A stretch of DNA of 52,126 nt from the NCBI GenBank assembly GCA_038229115.1, contig JBBROQ010000002.1, positions 1 to 52,126 on the forward strand, read 5' to 3'. Positions 1-9,366 of the stretch are shown here, piece by piece. The position numbers and the translations under genes were made by a program. The notes under the pieces were generated by a model. The model made no database searches, had not been told where the DNA came from, and worked only from the letters and a program-made list of their open reading frames with translations. Source of the stretch: Planctomycetota bacterium. Lineage in GTDB: Bacteria > Planctomycetota > UBA11346. Numbering within the stretch: the first letter of the stretch is position 1; every line of letters begins with the position of its first letter.

Positions 1-399
1 GCCCACCATTACCGCATAGGAGGGGGCCATCGCAGCGGCCCACAATGCTTCGCCCCACACTACGTGTTCTAGGCGCACCTGCGTGGTCAGTTGGCCCTCC
101 CACGATTTCTGAAAATGCATGCGCACATACGCCGAAAACAGCGACTGGAAAAACGCCGTCATGAATGAGGTGTAGGCCAGGATACCCGGCGCAAGATAGG
201 TCAGGTATTCGATCGGCTGGCCTGCCCACGACAGCGGCCCCATTTGCCGGCCCAAACCGACGCCGAAGGCCAGCAACATGATGAGCGGTTCGCACACCGG
301 CGGCAGCAGCGCGGTGTGCCATTTGCGCAGATGCACGCGCACATGCCGGCCCAACACGGCGTGGCTTTGCCAGGCAAATGCGGGACGGAAGGCGCTCAT
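1..399 (-). CDS. ABC-2 type transporter permease (NodJ-like), partial; runs off window start
   Basis: Not in the ORF track. Manual translation from ATG at 399 (ATGA overlap with the upstream ATPase stop): MSAFRPAFAWQSHAVLGRHVRVHLRKWHTALLPPVCEPLIMLLAFGVGLG...YLTYLAPGILAYTSFMTAFFQSLFSAYVRMHFQKSWEGQLTT, typical of NodJ/ABC-2 membrane proteins. Confidence 0.85.
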   Translation of the reverse strand, partial: MSAFRPAFAWQSHAVLGRHVRVHLRKWHTALLPPVCEPLIMLLAFGVGLGRQMGPLSWAGQPIEYLTYLAPGILAYTSFMTAFFQSLFSAYVRMHFQKSWEGQLTTQVRLEHVVWGEALWAAAMAPSYAVMVG

Positions 400-1343
400 G
401 CGGGCGCTCCTGGTTTTTCCGCGCTTGGTTTTTCAGACAGCGCCAGAAACAAATCATCGAGCGTCGGCGCGCGCACCTCAAAGCGCAGGTCGGGAAACGT
501 CGCGACGAACGCGGCCAAACCGGCGGCGTCTACCGCCACATGCGCATGCGTCAGCACCGCTGCCGAGCGCAGGCCGCGGGATCTTAGCCAACTGGCGATG
601 TGTTCGACGTTTTCGATCGGCAGCACCACGATGTGTTCGCCCACCACGTCACCTAACACCGCGCTGGCCAGGCCGACGGCGCGCACTTTGCCGCTTTGCA
701 AAACCACTAAGCGATCGGACAAGCGCTCGGCTTCTTCCATGTAATGCGTGGTCAACACCACCGCCATGCCGGCCGCGCGCAGGCCCGCGATCAGTTCCCA
801 CACCGCCACGCGCGCTTGCGGATCCAGGCCGGTGGTTGGTTCGTCCAGGAACACCACCTGCGGTTGGTGCAGCACCGCGCGCGCGATCATCAGGCGGCGT
901 TTGTAACCGCCGGACAGCGTATCTGGCGACTGCCCCGCGAACTCGCGCAGGCCGAATTTTTCCAGCAGTCCGTCAATGCGTTTGGGCAGGTTGGTCAGCA
1001 ACGGCCGATAATACCGACCGGTTTGTTCAAGGTTCCCGCGCACGCTGAAATCGGCGTCATAGGTGTCGTCCTGCGTACACACGCCCAACGCCCGCCGCGC
1101 GGCGTCCGGCGCGATGATCAGGTCATGCCCGGCGATGCTGACGCTGCCGGCGTCCGGCCGCATGAAGCCGTAACACATGCGCAACGTCGTGGTTTTTCCC
1201 GCGCCATTGGGTCCCAGCAGGCCCAGGACTTCGCCCGCTGCGCACGTCAGATCAATACCGTCGACCACGCGTTTGCCGCCGAGCGTTTTCATCAGGTCGC
1301 GCGCGTTTAGCAGCGGCGTGCCGGCAATGACGGGCATGTTCAT
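396..1343 (-). CDS. ABC transporter ATP-binding protein (NodI/DrrA-like)
   Basis: Walker A GPNGAGKTT, signature LSGGYKRR, Walker B VFLDEPTTGLDPQAR, H-loop TTHYMEEAE; coupled to ABC-2 permease. Confidence 0.92.
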   Translation of the reverse strand: MNMPVIAGTPLLNARDLMKTLGGKRVVDGIDLTCAAGEVLGLLGPNGAGKTTTLRMCYGFMRPDAGSVSIAGHDLIIAPDAARRALGVCTQDDTYDADFSVRGNLEQTGRYYRPLLTNLPKRIDGLLEKFGLREFAGQSPDTLSGGYKRRLMIARAVLHQPQVVFLDEPTTGLDPQARVAVWELIAGLRAAGMAVVLTTHYMEEAERLSDRLVVLQSGKVRAVGLASAVLGDVVGEHIVVLPIENVEHIASWLRSRGLRSAAVLTHAHVAVDAAGLAAFVATFPDLRFEVRAPTLDDLFLALSEKPSAEKPGAPA

Positions 1344-1404
1344 TCAGGGCGCTGCGTCATGTGAGTTTTGGTTACCACGCTGGTCCCGGCGACGCCGACC
1401 GACA

Positions 1405-1797
1405 TCACGCGCGCCGCCAGATCAGTCCGGCAAACGCACGTCGCTCGACCAACAACAGGAACAGCGCCAACACCGCAATCGCGATGACGATCGGATTCAT
1501 CCAGCCACCTTGCATCACCAGAATGTTGAAGATCAAAATGTTGACGATGATCGGCCCCAGCACGAGCAGGCCCAGATTGCGCGTCAACGGAATCGCGATC
1601 AGGACGCCGCCCGTGACTTCAAGGATTTTTACGAAAGTCAGGTAGCCGGTGGGCCCGAACGCGGCCATGAAATGTGCGACCGCCGAGCCTTCTGGTGGCG
1701 GATCCATCTTCGGAATCATGCCGAGTAGAAACATCAGTCCGCCAGACACGAACAGCAGGCCGAGCAGGATACCGGCGATGAGGGACATGATTTTCAT
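1405..1797 (-). CDS. DoxX-family membrane protein
   Basis: 130 aa, four hydrophobic segments, ILLGLLFV.GG...GYL.FVKILEVTGGVL...LGLLVLGPIIVNILIF pattern. Confidence 0.75.
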   Translation of the reverse strand: MKIMSLIAGILLGLLFVSGGLMFLLGMIPKMDPPPEGSAVAHFMAAFGPTGYLTFVKILEVTGGVLIAIPLTRNLGLLVLGPIIVNILIFNILVMQGGWMNPIVIAIAVLALFLLLVERRAFAGLIWRRA

Positions 1798-2043
1798 GAT
1801 GCGCGGGTTTCGTGGGGGTGGTTGCTTCAGTTCGCGGATGCGGTCGTGCGGCGATGTACGCGCCGTACAGGTAGGCTGATGTGCGTTGGATGTGGCTTCG
1901 CGCCCACTGAAAGCAAACGCCGAGATGTTGCGGTGAGGATTGCATCAAGATGCACCCGCCTGAGTGAGAACCTGACCGCGCCGACGTGATGATGAACCGA
2001 GGTTCCGTTTGCGGATCAGCCGCGGGCGCGAACCATTTCTGAT

Positions 2044-2439
2044 ATGCCTAAAATGCGTCGAGTGCTGTTGGCGGTAGCCGTATATTTGTCGCTCGCGCTT
2101 TCGGGCGCGGTGGTGGTTCTGGCGCAACGCAGTGCTGCGATGCAGCGATCTGCGCCTGAGTCGACCTCGGCAACGATGCCGATAACCGCGCCTGCTGCGC
2201 TTGCTGCATCAACGGCGACCAGCACCGCAAAGCCTGCGCAGAAACCGGTATCGGTGCCGGTCGAGCATGGTTGGTCGCAGTGGCCCCCGCGTGATCGCGA
2301 CGCGTATCTGCCCAGCAGCAAATCGGGACTATCGCTGTCCGTGCCGGACGACGATGCGTATCTGTCGACCAGCAAATCTGGACGACCGCTGCATGTGCCA
2401 CGTCAGCAAACACCGCCCGCCACCGCTCCGCAGCATTAG
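2044..2439 (+). CDS. Hypothetical secreted/membrane-anchored protein with duplicated DAYLxxSKSG motif
   Basis: N-terminal basic+hydrophobic segment, Ala/Thr/Pro linker, two 18-aa imperfect repeats; ends 9 nt before the desaturase gene. Confidence 0.6.
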   Translation: MPKMRRVLLAVAVYLSLALSGAVVVLAQRSAAMQRSAPESTSATMPITAPAALAASTATSTAKPAQKPVSVPVEHGWSQWPPRDRDAYLPSSKSGLSLSVPDDDAYLSTSKSGRPLHVPRQQTPPATAPQH

Positions 2440-2448
2440 CTCGGCGTC

Positions 2449-3228
2449 ATGCCTGACGTGCTTGATTGTCTGCTAAGCGTGCTGATTTACGGCGCGATTT
2501 TCACGCCGCTGGAATTGCTGCTACCGCGTCGACGGGCACCGGTGCTGCGTCGGGGATTGGGCTGCGATGCGCTGTTTCTGTTCGGCAATTTTCTGCTGTG
2601 GACGCCGCTGATCGGTGCGGCGCTGATTTGGCTGCATGCGGGCATCGGTGCGTTGCCGCTTAGCGCGTTTCGCACGACGTTTGCCGCGCAGCCCATGCTG
2701 GCGCAGATCGTCGAAGCGCTGCTGCTGACGGATTTCTGCACCTATTGGTTTCATCGCTTCAGTCATCGCTCGGCGCTGCTGTGGCGTTTTCACCGCGTTC
2801 ATCACAGCGCCGAGCGACTGGATTGGGTCGCGGCGTACCGCGAACATCCGGTCGATAACTTGCTGACGCGGGTGGTCGAAAACGTGCCTTTGATGGTGGA
2901 TGGCTTGCCGTTGGGGTGGATCGCCGGGATCGCGGCATTCCGCGGGCTGTGAGCGCTGTTCATCCACAGCAACATCGCGTGGTCGCCGCCGGTGGTGGTC
3001 GCCGCGGTGCTCGGCTCACCACGCCTGCATCACTGGCACCATCACCCGGCGGCCGGCCAGATCTGCAACTTCGGCAACCTCAATCCGCTGATGGACCGCC
3101 TCTTCGGCACCTGGTGTCACCCGCACGCTGATCCCGACGCCTATGGCGATCCCGAACAGCCAACACGCAGTTATGTCGCCCACGTGGTCGCAGCGTTTAT
3201 GCCTGAAAAGCACGAGTTTCGCGGCTAA
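2449..3228 (+). pseudogene. Sterol desaturase / fatty acid hydroxylase family protein interrupted by in-frame TGA at 2950-2952
   Basis: His boxes YWFHRFSH, WRFHRVHHS, YREHP, then FRGL*ALFIHSN...PRLHHWHH...NFG..NPLMDRLFGT; ORFs 2449..2952 and 2992..3228 share one frame. Confidence 0.8.
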
Positions 3229-3260
3229 TCGACGTTGGCAGGCGACGCGCTGAAACGGCG

Positions 3261-3305
3261 AATAAAAACAACAACGCCGACTGGCGAGAGTTCGTTCAGT
3301 CGGCG
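3261..3305 (-). terminator. Intrinsic terminator downstream of tRNA-Gln
   Basis: Stem CGCCGACTG...CAGTCGGCG (3275-3305) followed on the minus strand by TTGTTGTTTTTATT. Confidence 0.65.
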
Positions 3306-3322
3306 CGTGGCCCGCATTGCAA

Positions 3323-3396
3323 TGGTTGGGGTGCAGGGATTCGAACCCCGACAGGCAGAGTCAGAGTCTGCAGTCCTACCGTTAGACGACACCCCA
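3323..3396 (-). tRNA. trnQ: tRNA-Gln (anticodon CUG)
   Basis: Reverse complement TGGGGTGTCGTCTAACGGTAGGACTGCAGACTCTGACTCTGCCTGTCGGGGTTCGAATCCCTGCACCCCAACCA: full cloverleaf, U1-A72 pair, anticodon loop CT-CTG-AC, TTCGAAT T-loop, encoded CCA. Confidence 0.97.
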
Positions 3397-3484
3397 GCGA
3401 TAGGCGCGGGAGCGTAGGACGGTGAGGGGATGGTCAAGGCCAGCGTCGACGGCCGAAGCGCGGATTTACGCGGGTGCTGCAGCG

Positions 3485-4435
3485 TCAGCGCGCCGGCGCG
3501 GGGGGTGCTTCGGCAGGGGCGGCGGCGATGCCGGCGAGGCGGCGCCAACGCGCGGCGTCGGGGTCGTCGCCGCGGGCTTGGGCAAGATCGGCCAAGCGCC
3601 GGGCGGTGGCGGGGTCGGGGTCGAGTTCGTAGGCGCGCGTCAGCAATTGTGCGGCGTCGTTCGGACGGTTGGCGCCGGCGGCAAGTTCGCCCAGGCGCGC
3701 ATAGGCCCAACCGGCATCGGGCGTCAGCGCGATATAGCGGTTCAGGAGTGTGGCTTCGCGCTCGGTGTCGCCGGCTTGACGGGCCAGCGAGGCGCGGGTT
3801 TCCAGGCTGGGTTGATGCTGTGGATCGCGAGCCAGGGCCTCGTCCAACAGCTTCGTCGCGCTGGCCGCGTCGCCGGACATTGCCGCGATCACGCCGCGGC
3901 CATAGGGGCCCCACGGCGCTTGCGGAGCGAGGCGGTCGATGTCGACGAAGATCGCATCAGCGGCGCTCAGGCGCTTCAGGCGCACGAACACGTCGGCCAA
4001 GCGGATGCGCGGCTCAAACCACAGCGGACTCGCGGCGATGGCGCGGTCGTACCAGGGGATCGCGGCCTCGGTGTCGCCCGCCTGTTCGGTTAGTTGCGCC
4101 TTCAACATGAACGCCACCGGATGCGCGAAGCCGCCGCCCAGCAGGCCATCCAGCTGCGCGCGCGCCTGATCGTAGAGGCCGTCGTCAACTAATTGCTGCA
4201 CTGCGTCCATGTGCCGCGCGTCGGCGAGATCGTTGATGGTTGGCCGCGCCGCCACCGCGCGGAAGGGATTCACCGCCGCACCGGCCGGAAAGCGCAGCAG
4301 CGGATCAGCGGCGGCGGTCGCGGTCGGTTCTGGCGCGACCGCCGGTGTGACTCGTGCCGTCGTGCTGGCATTGCAGGCGATCAGCGCGGTCAGCGCCGCC
4401 AGCAACACTAATGAACTGCCATACCGATGCATCAT
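3485..4435 (-). CDS. TPR-repeat protein, probable lipoprotein
   Basis: Start moved to ATG 4435 (ATGA overlap with pabB-like stop); signal peptide ending LIAC; repeated TPR patterns (AIPWYDRAIAASP, LLDEALARDPQH, LLTRAYELDPD). Confidence 0.8.
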   Translation of the reverse strand: MMHRYGSSLVLLAALTALIACNASTTARVTPAVAPEPTATAAADPLLRFPAGAAVNPFRAVAARPTINDLADARHMDAVQQLVDDGLYDQARAQLDGLLGGGFAHPVAFMLKAQLTEQAGDTEAAIPWYDRAIAASPLWFEPRIRLADVFVRLKRLSAADAIFVDIDRLAPQAPWGPYGRGVIAAMSGDAASATKLLDEALARDPQHQPSLETRASLARQAGDTEREATLLNRYIALTPDAGWAYARLGELAAGANRPNDAAQLLTRAYELDPDPATARRLADLAQARGDDPDAARWRRLAGIAAAPAEAPPAPAR

Positions 4436-5742
4436 GCGCGAGCGTCGGTCAGCGCCGCGGCGATGCCACCGACCTTGGCCAGCACCTCGTCCCATTCCGC
4501 GGCGGGATCGCTGTCGGCGGTGATGCCGCCGCCGGCGTGGGTGACGATCTGATCGCCGTCGACGGTCAGCGTGCGGATCGCCACCGCGAGGTCGGCGCCG
4601 CCCGGCCCGAGCCAACCGAACGCGCCGCAATACGCGCCGCGCGGTGCGCCTTCGAGTTCGTTGATGATCGCCATCGCTCGGCTTTTTGGTGCGCCGGTGA
4701 TCGAGCCGGCCGGGAACGCGGCGCGCAGAACGTCGGTGAAATCCAGCTCTTTGCGTCGCACGGCTTCGATACGAGCGGCCGCGTGATGGACGTAGGGCAG
4801 CTCGATCAGCAGATGCGCCGCGGTGACGTTCACGCTGCCGGTGACGGCGACCCGGCCCAAATCATTGCGCACCAGATCGACAATCATCGCCAGTTCCGCG
4901 CGCTCTTTGGCTGAGGCAGTGAGCGCCGCGCGCGCCGCCGCATCATCGGCAGCGTCGGCGCCGCGGCGGCGCGTGCCTTTGATCGGGACGCTGGCCAAAC
5001 GCTCGCCGCGTGCGCTCAGAAAACATTCAGGGCTGTGGCTGATGACGCTGGGCTGGCCGGGATGCCGGAAGAACGCGCCAAATGGCGCCGGACTGGCCGA
5101 CAGCAGCGCGCGTGCCACGGCCACGTCGCGCTGTGCGCCGGGCGCTAATTGGCCGGTGAAACGCACCGCCAGGTTGGCCTGATAGCAGTCGCCGGCGGCG
5201 ATGTAGGCCTGCAATTTTTCCACGCGCGCGCGATGCTCGTCGGCGTTCCACGCCGGTGATAACGGCGCGAGCAAACGCGGCGCTGCTGGCACCGGAAGCG
5301 CACGCGACAGCTGTTCGTGCAGCAGATCCAGCACGACATCATCCGGCCCAGCGAGCGTGCAGCGACCGTCGGCGTCCCAGCGCGCATGATGCGCCAGCGA
5401 CAGAATCAGCGGCGGTTCCGCCGGAAATTCGTACGGACATTGCAGCAGAAATCCTGGCTGCCGCGGCGTCCCCCAGGTGCAGCCCCAATGCGGTTCGGCA
5501 GGAAGTTGCGCGCTCGGCGTGGCGGCAAATCGCTTCAGTGCCTGATCGATGGCGCGCAGTTCCGCGAAATGGTCTTGCGGCCACGGCGACAGTAGTGGCA
5601 CGCGGTCATACCACACCAGACACGCGCCATCGCTGCCGTGCAGGAACCCGATCACCGCCGCGTCGGCGACCTGCGCCAGTGCGTCCAATGGCCTAATGTC
5701 GGGCCCTGGCCGCGTGCGCTGCCAGTCGATGGCGTCGCTCAT
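4432..5742 (-). CDS. pabB: Aminodeoxychorismate synthase component I / anthranilate synthase component I-like chorismate-binding enzyme
   Basis: GDCYQANLA, SPECFL, PIKGTRRR, KERAELAMIVDLVRNDLGRV, FPAGSITGAPK, RGAYCGAFG, AGGGITADS; PIKGT and SITGAPK favour PabB over TrpE. Confidence 0.85.
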   Translation of the reverse strand: MSDAIDWQRTRPGPDIRPLDALAQVADAAVIGFLHGSDGACLVWYDRVPLLSPWPQDHFAELRAIDQALKRFAATPSAQLPAEPHWGCTWGTPRQPGFLLQCPYEFPAEPPLILSLAHHARWDADGRCTLAGPDDVVLDLLHEQLSRALPVPAAPRLLAPLSPAWNADEHRARVEKLQAYIAAGDCYQANLAVRFTGQLAPGAQRDVAVARALLSASPAPFGAFFRHPGQPSVISHSPECFLSARGERLASVPIKGTRRRGADAADDAAARAALTASAKERAELAMIVDLVRNDLGRVAVTGSVNVTAAHLLIELPYVHHAAARIEAVRRKELDFTDVLRAAFPAGSITGAPKSRAMAIINELEGAPRGAYCGAFGWLGPGGADLAVAIRTLTVDGDQIVTHAGGGITADSDPAAEWDEVLAKVGGIAAALTDARA

Positions 5743-5749
5743 CGTACGC

Positions 5750-6685
5750 CTACGGCAACAGCGGCGCGCAGCGCAGCGATAGATCCAAAGCCGGCGCGGA
5801 ATGGGTCAAATCACCGATAGAAATGCGGTCGACACCGCTATCGGCGAAATCCCGAACGGTGTCCATGGTGATGCCGCCGGATGCTTCCAGAGCGACCGCG
5901 CGCGCAGTGCGCTTGGCGTGCAGCAGGCCGTCGCGGATCGACACGGCCTGTCGCAGTTGTGTCGGCGGCATGTTGTCGAGCAGCACGATGTCGGCGCCGG
6001 CTAGGATCACCGGTTCAAGATCGCCCAGGCGCTCGATCTCGACTTCGACCAACACCGATTCACCCAATAGCGCGCGGCAGCGATGCACGGCTTCGGCCGG
6101 TTGGCTGTCGTGGAATAGACCCGCTCCGCTCGCCATCAGCATTAGCGCAATGTGGTTGTCCTTGATCAGCACCTGATCGTAGAGGCCCAGGCGATGATTG
6201 CGGCCGCCGCCGGCAGCCACGGCGTGCTTCTGCAAATACCGCAAACCGGGAGAGGTCTTGCGCGTGTCCAAGATCTGCGCGCGGGTGCCGGCGACGGCTT
6301 CGACATAGCGCGCGGTCGCGGTCGCGGTGCCCGAGAGTCGCTGGCAAATGTTCAGCGCGGTGCGTTCGGCGATCAACAGCACGCGCGCGTCGCCGTGGCA
6401 GTCCAACACCACTTCACCGCTGACCACCGCCCGCCCATCTGCCGCGCAGTGCGTGACCGTGACGCTGCTGCTGCCACTGCCGGCGCCCAATGACAACGCG
6501 GCGAAAACCTCGGCAAAAACTGGTAAGCCGCAGACCACGCCAGGGCTTTTCGCCTTCACCGTGCCGCGCAGTCGCGCGCCCGGCGGCACCAATGCACGGC
6601 AGGTGATGTCATCCGCACCGGCCAAATCTTCGGCCAGGGCAAGCGCGATCAGCGCGCGGGTTTCCTGCGTTTGGTAGACGGTCAT
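5750..6685 (-). CDS. nadC: Nicotinate-nucleotide pyrophosphorylase (quinolinate phosphoribosyltransferase)
   Basis: ALAEDL..DIT, ERTALN, DTRKTSPGLR, NHRLGLYD.VLIKDNH, EVEIE, LLDNM, EASGGI, ISIG.LTHSAP.LDLSL. Confidence 0.96.
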   Translation of the reverse strand: MTVYQTQETRALIALALAEDLAGADDITCRALVPPGARLRGTVKAKSPGVVCGLPVFAEVFAALSLGAGSGSSSVTVTHCAADGRAVVSGEVVLDCHGDARVLLIAERTALNICQRLSGTATATARYVEAVAGTRAQILDTRKTSPGLRYLQKHAVAAGGGRNHRLGLYDQVLIKDNHIALMLMASGAGLFHDSQPAEAVHRCRALLGESVLVEVEIERLGDLEPVILAGADIVLLDNMPPTQLRQAVSIRDGLLHAKRTARAVALEASGGITMDTVRDFADSGVDRISIGDLTHSAPALDLSLRCAPLLP

Positions 6686-6698
6686 TCGCGGCTCTTGT

Positions 6699-7745
6699 TC
6701 ATTCGCGGTTGCCGTACAGCGCTTTCACCACCTGTTCGATGGTTGGTTCTTCGATGCGTACGTCTGCAATTGGCAGCAGTCCCAGGCAGCGTTGCAGCAG
6801 TGCCGGCACATCGCCGTCGGCTGCGATCGCGGCGATCGCTTCGACTGGGCTCGGCTGTTCCCAGGTGATCGATCCACGCGGTAGCTCACTGATGGTCGCG
6901 AGATCGATCGGAGTTTTGAGCGTCAGCAGCAAACGCGTGCGGCCGCCGTAACGCGCCTTCAGCGCATCCAAATTGCCGTCGTGCATGATCCGGCCCTGAT
7001 CGATCACCACCACCCGCGAGCACAACGCTTCGATGTCCTGCAAGTCGTGCGTGGTCAGCAAAATGGTGGTGCGCACGGTGCGATTGAGGTCGAGCAGGAA
7101 CTGCCGCAGGCGACTTTTGGTGACCACGTCCAGGCCGACCGTGGGCTCGTCCAGGAACAGCACTTTGGGTTGGTGCAGCAGGCTGGCGGCCAGGTCGGCC
7201 TTCATGCGCTGGCCCAACGACAGCTTGCGCACTGGTGTGCGCAGGAATGGCTCTAGCCCTAACACCGCGTCGAACTGTGCTAAACGTGCGGCGTAATCCG
7301 CATCGCTGACGTCGTACAAATGTTTCAGCAGCTCAAAACTTTCGCCCACGGCCAAGTCCCACCACAACTGCGAACGCTGGCCGAACACCGCGCCGACGGT
7401 GCGCACATAGGCCGAGCGCTCGCGTTGCGGGTCAAACCCGTTGACGCGAATCGTGCCGGTGCTGGGGGTCATAATCCCGGTCAGCATTTTGATGGTGGTG
7501 CTTTTGCCGGCGCCGTTCGGCCCGATGTAGCCGACGATCTCGCCTTCGGCGATGTCCAGGTTCACATCCTGCACTGCATGCAGTTCCCGATGCCGGCGGC
7601 TGATCAAATCACGCAGCGAGCCGCGCAATCCAGGCCGGCGATCGAAGGTGCGAAAGGTTTTGCCCAGGCCGGTGGCGCGGATCGCGAGCGGCGCGTCAGC
7701 GACGGCCGCAGCAGAAATATCAGCAAGCACGGCGGCGTCAGACAT
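6699..7745 (-). CDS. ABC transporter ATP-binding protein (ABC-2/DrrA-like, LSLGQ subtype)
   Basis: Start moved to ATG 7745 (MSDAAV); GPNGAGKST, VFGQRSQLWWDL, LSLGQRMKA, LFLDEPTVGLD, TTHD. Confidence 0.9.
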   Translation of the reverse strand: MSDAAVLADISAAAVADAPLAIRATGLGKTFRTFDRRPGLRGSLRDLISRRHRELHAVQDVNLDIAEGEIVGYIGPNGAGKSTTIKMLTGIMTPSTGTIRVNGFDPQRERSAYVRTVGAVFGQRSQLWWDLAVGESFELLKHLYDVSDADYAARLAQFDAVLGLEPFLRTPVRKLSLGQRMKADLAASLLHQPKVLFLDEPTVGLDVVTKSRLRQFLLDLNRTVRTTILLTTHDLQDIEALCSRVVVIDQGRIMHDGNLDALKARYGGRTRLLLTLKTPIDLATISELPRGSITWEQPSPVEAIAAIAADGDVPALLQRCLGLLPIADVRIEEPTIEQVVKALYGNRE

Positions 7746-7833
7746 GGGCGCGATGGTGGAACGGCTGCGCGGCAGACAACCGAGCGCGCGCGCACTGTTG
7801 TGAGCGGCAATCCTATTGAGTAGCTTCTCTCGC

Positions 7834-9336
7834 ATGGGTGAGCCGCTCCTCGTTCTTGACCACGATTGGCATCGGCAACGCGCCAGTCTGCGGAGTGGGC
7901 GCATGCGGCCACCGCCGTTGGTGGCGGCGGGACTGGACGTGGCGTTCGTTAACAGCAGCAGCGGCCGTTCGGTAAATCTCGGCGGTTTGGCGGTGATCTT
8001 CGGCACCTTCCCCGCGAACTTGGATGAATTTCTAAGTCTCGCGCGGCTGCGCCTGCATTTGGGCGCGGAACAAGCGCGCGAATTGGATCCGGTCTTGAAC
8101 ACGCGCGTGATGGCGCTGTGGGCGTGGCTGCCGACGCGCGGCCAGGATTGTTATTTGGAGTACGATCGCGCGACCGGCACCGAGCAGTGCTGGTTGATCG
8201 GGCCCGAGGCCGGTGCGTGTCGAGCGGTCGATGTGGCGGCGGATGCGGATCAGTTGGACCGCGCGTTTCTTGATGCGTTGGTATTGAACGGGCCGGGGCA
8301 TTGGGGCGGCGAAAGTGGCCTAGAACGTTTGGTAGAACGACATGGCCAGCGGCCGTTGTTAGTGGCGGCGCAGGTCGCGGACGCGCTGGAACACCGGCCG
8401 AAAGAACCGCGCCGCGCGCTGCGTTTGGCGCAGACGCATTGGCCGGATTTGACCAGCGCCGATGACGCAGCGTGGTTGGCATTGGCCGCCGACGAAAATC
8501 CGTGGATTGGCGTGCAGTTGGGCCGCCTGGCGTTGCGCTTGGGCCATTTGCATGCCGCGCGGCGGCTGTTGGCGCTCAGCGATGACATCACTGCGACCGG
8601 CGTCGACAGTGCGCCGGTGGCGCAGTTCGATCTGGGTCAGGCGTGCGAAGCGCTGAGCGATCTGCCGGCGGCCGAAGCCGCATTCACGCGCTTCGCCGCC
8701 GCGCGACCGACGGATCCGGATGGCTGGCGGCGCCTGCTGTTGGTGCGGTTGCGTTTGAGTCAGTGGTCGGCGGCTGACGAGGCCCTGCGGCGCTATCGCG
8801 GTGCGGGCGGACGCGAACGCGATTTGGCCGAGCGTTTTGTCACCACGGTCGCGCGCGGACGCCTGCGCCTGAAAGAACGTGCTGGTTTGGCGACCTGGTT
8901 GTCGGCGCGCGTATGGGCGGCCTGCGACGAGGCGTTGACGCTGGAGGCGGCGATCGAAACCGCGGCCGCGCGGCTGCGCGATGACAATGAGGTCGCTGGC
9001 GTATCGGGCTCAGCTGAACAGCGCCTGCACGATCTGCTGACGCGCGCGCGCGCGGAATTCCACGCCGAATTGTTGAACACCGGCGACCCGGCCGACGTCG
9101 AGCGCTTGGTCGTGCAGGCGCTGCGCGCAGTGCTGTTGGCGCTGCCGTTCGCCGGAGTCGCACATCGCGAGGACCGCGAACGTGAGCCCAGTGACTTGGC
9201 CGAACTGGTCGCCGAAGCGTTGACGCGTTGGAGCCACTGGCGGCTGAAAACGCCACGGCCGTTCACACATCATCTCGGCTGGCTGACGCCGCTGGTCGCG
9301 CTGGCCATCAACGCCCGACCACCGCGCCGGCGTTAA
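7834..9336 (+). CDS. Hypothetical protein with central TPR-like repeats
   Basis: Long ORF with host-like codon use; AQFDLGQACEALSDLPAAEAAFTRFAAARPTDPDGWRRL is TPR-like; ATG at 7834 preferred. Confidence 0.7.
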   Translation: MGEPLLVLDHDWHRQRASLRSGRMRPPPLVAAGLDVAFVNSSSGRSVNLGGLAVIFGTFPANLDEFLSLARLRLHLGAEQARELDPVLNTRVMALWAWLPTRGQDCYLEYDRATGTEQCWLIGPEAGACRAVDVAADADQLDRAFLDALVLNGPGHWGGESGLERLVERHGQRPLLVAAQVADALEHRPKEPRRALRLAQTHWPDLTSADDAAWLALAADENPWIGVQLGRLALRLGHLHAARRLLALSDDITATGVDSAPVAQFDLGQACEALSDLPAAEAAFTRFAAARPTDPDGWRRLLLVRLRLSQWSAADEALRRYRGAGGRERDLAERFVTTVARGRLRLKERAGLATWLSARVWAACDEALTLEAAIETAAARLRDDNEVAGVSGSAEQRLHDLLTRARAEFHAELLNTGDPADVERLVVQALRAVLLALPFAGVAHREDREREPSDLAELVAEALTRWSHWRLKTPRPFTHHLGWLTPLVALAINARPPRRR

Positions 9337-9366
9337 AGCCGACGCTTCATCATCAGGACCGCAGCC

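Noticed and set aside
2950-2952. Alternative genetic code (UGA=Trp) or selenocysteine
   Set aside because: Many genes end in TGA with ATGA/GTGA overlaps, Trp is TGG elsewhere, and the position is not a Cys column
2044-3396. tRNA-Gln as integration site of a genomic island
   Set aside because: No integrase and no duplicated tRNA 3' end seen; the tRNA is followed directly by its terminator
3323-3396. Amber suppressor tRNA explaining the TAG at 14979
   Set aside because: The anticodon reads CTG (Gln), not CTA
6699-8102. N-terminal extensions in the ORF track (6699..8102, 3485..4630, 17113, 26746, 37847, 40568, 45095)
   Set aside because: They overlap neighbouring real genes or lack family similarity; downstream starts fit motifs and stop/start overlaps better
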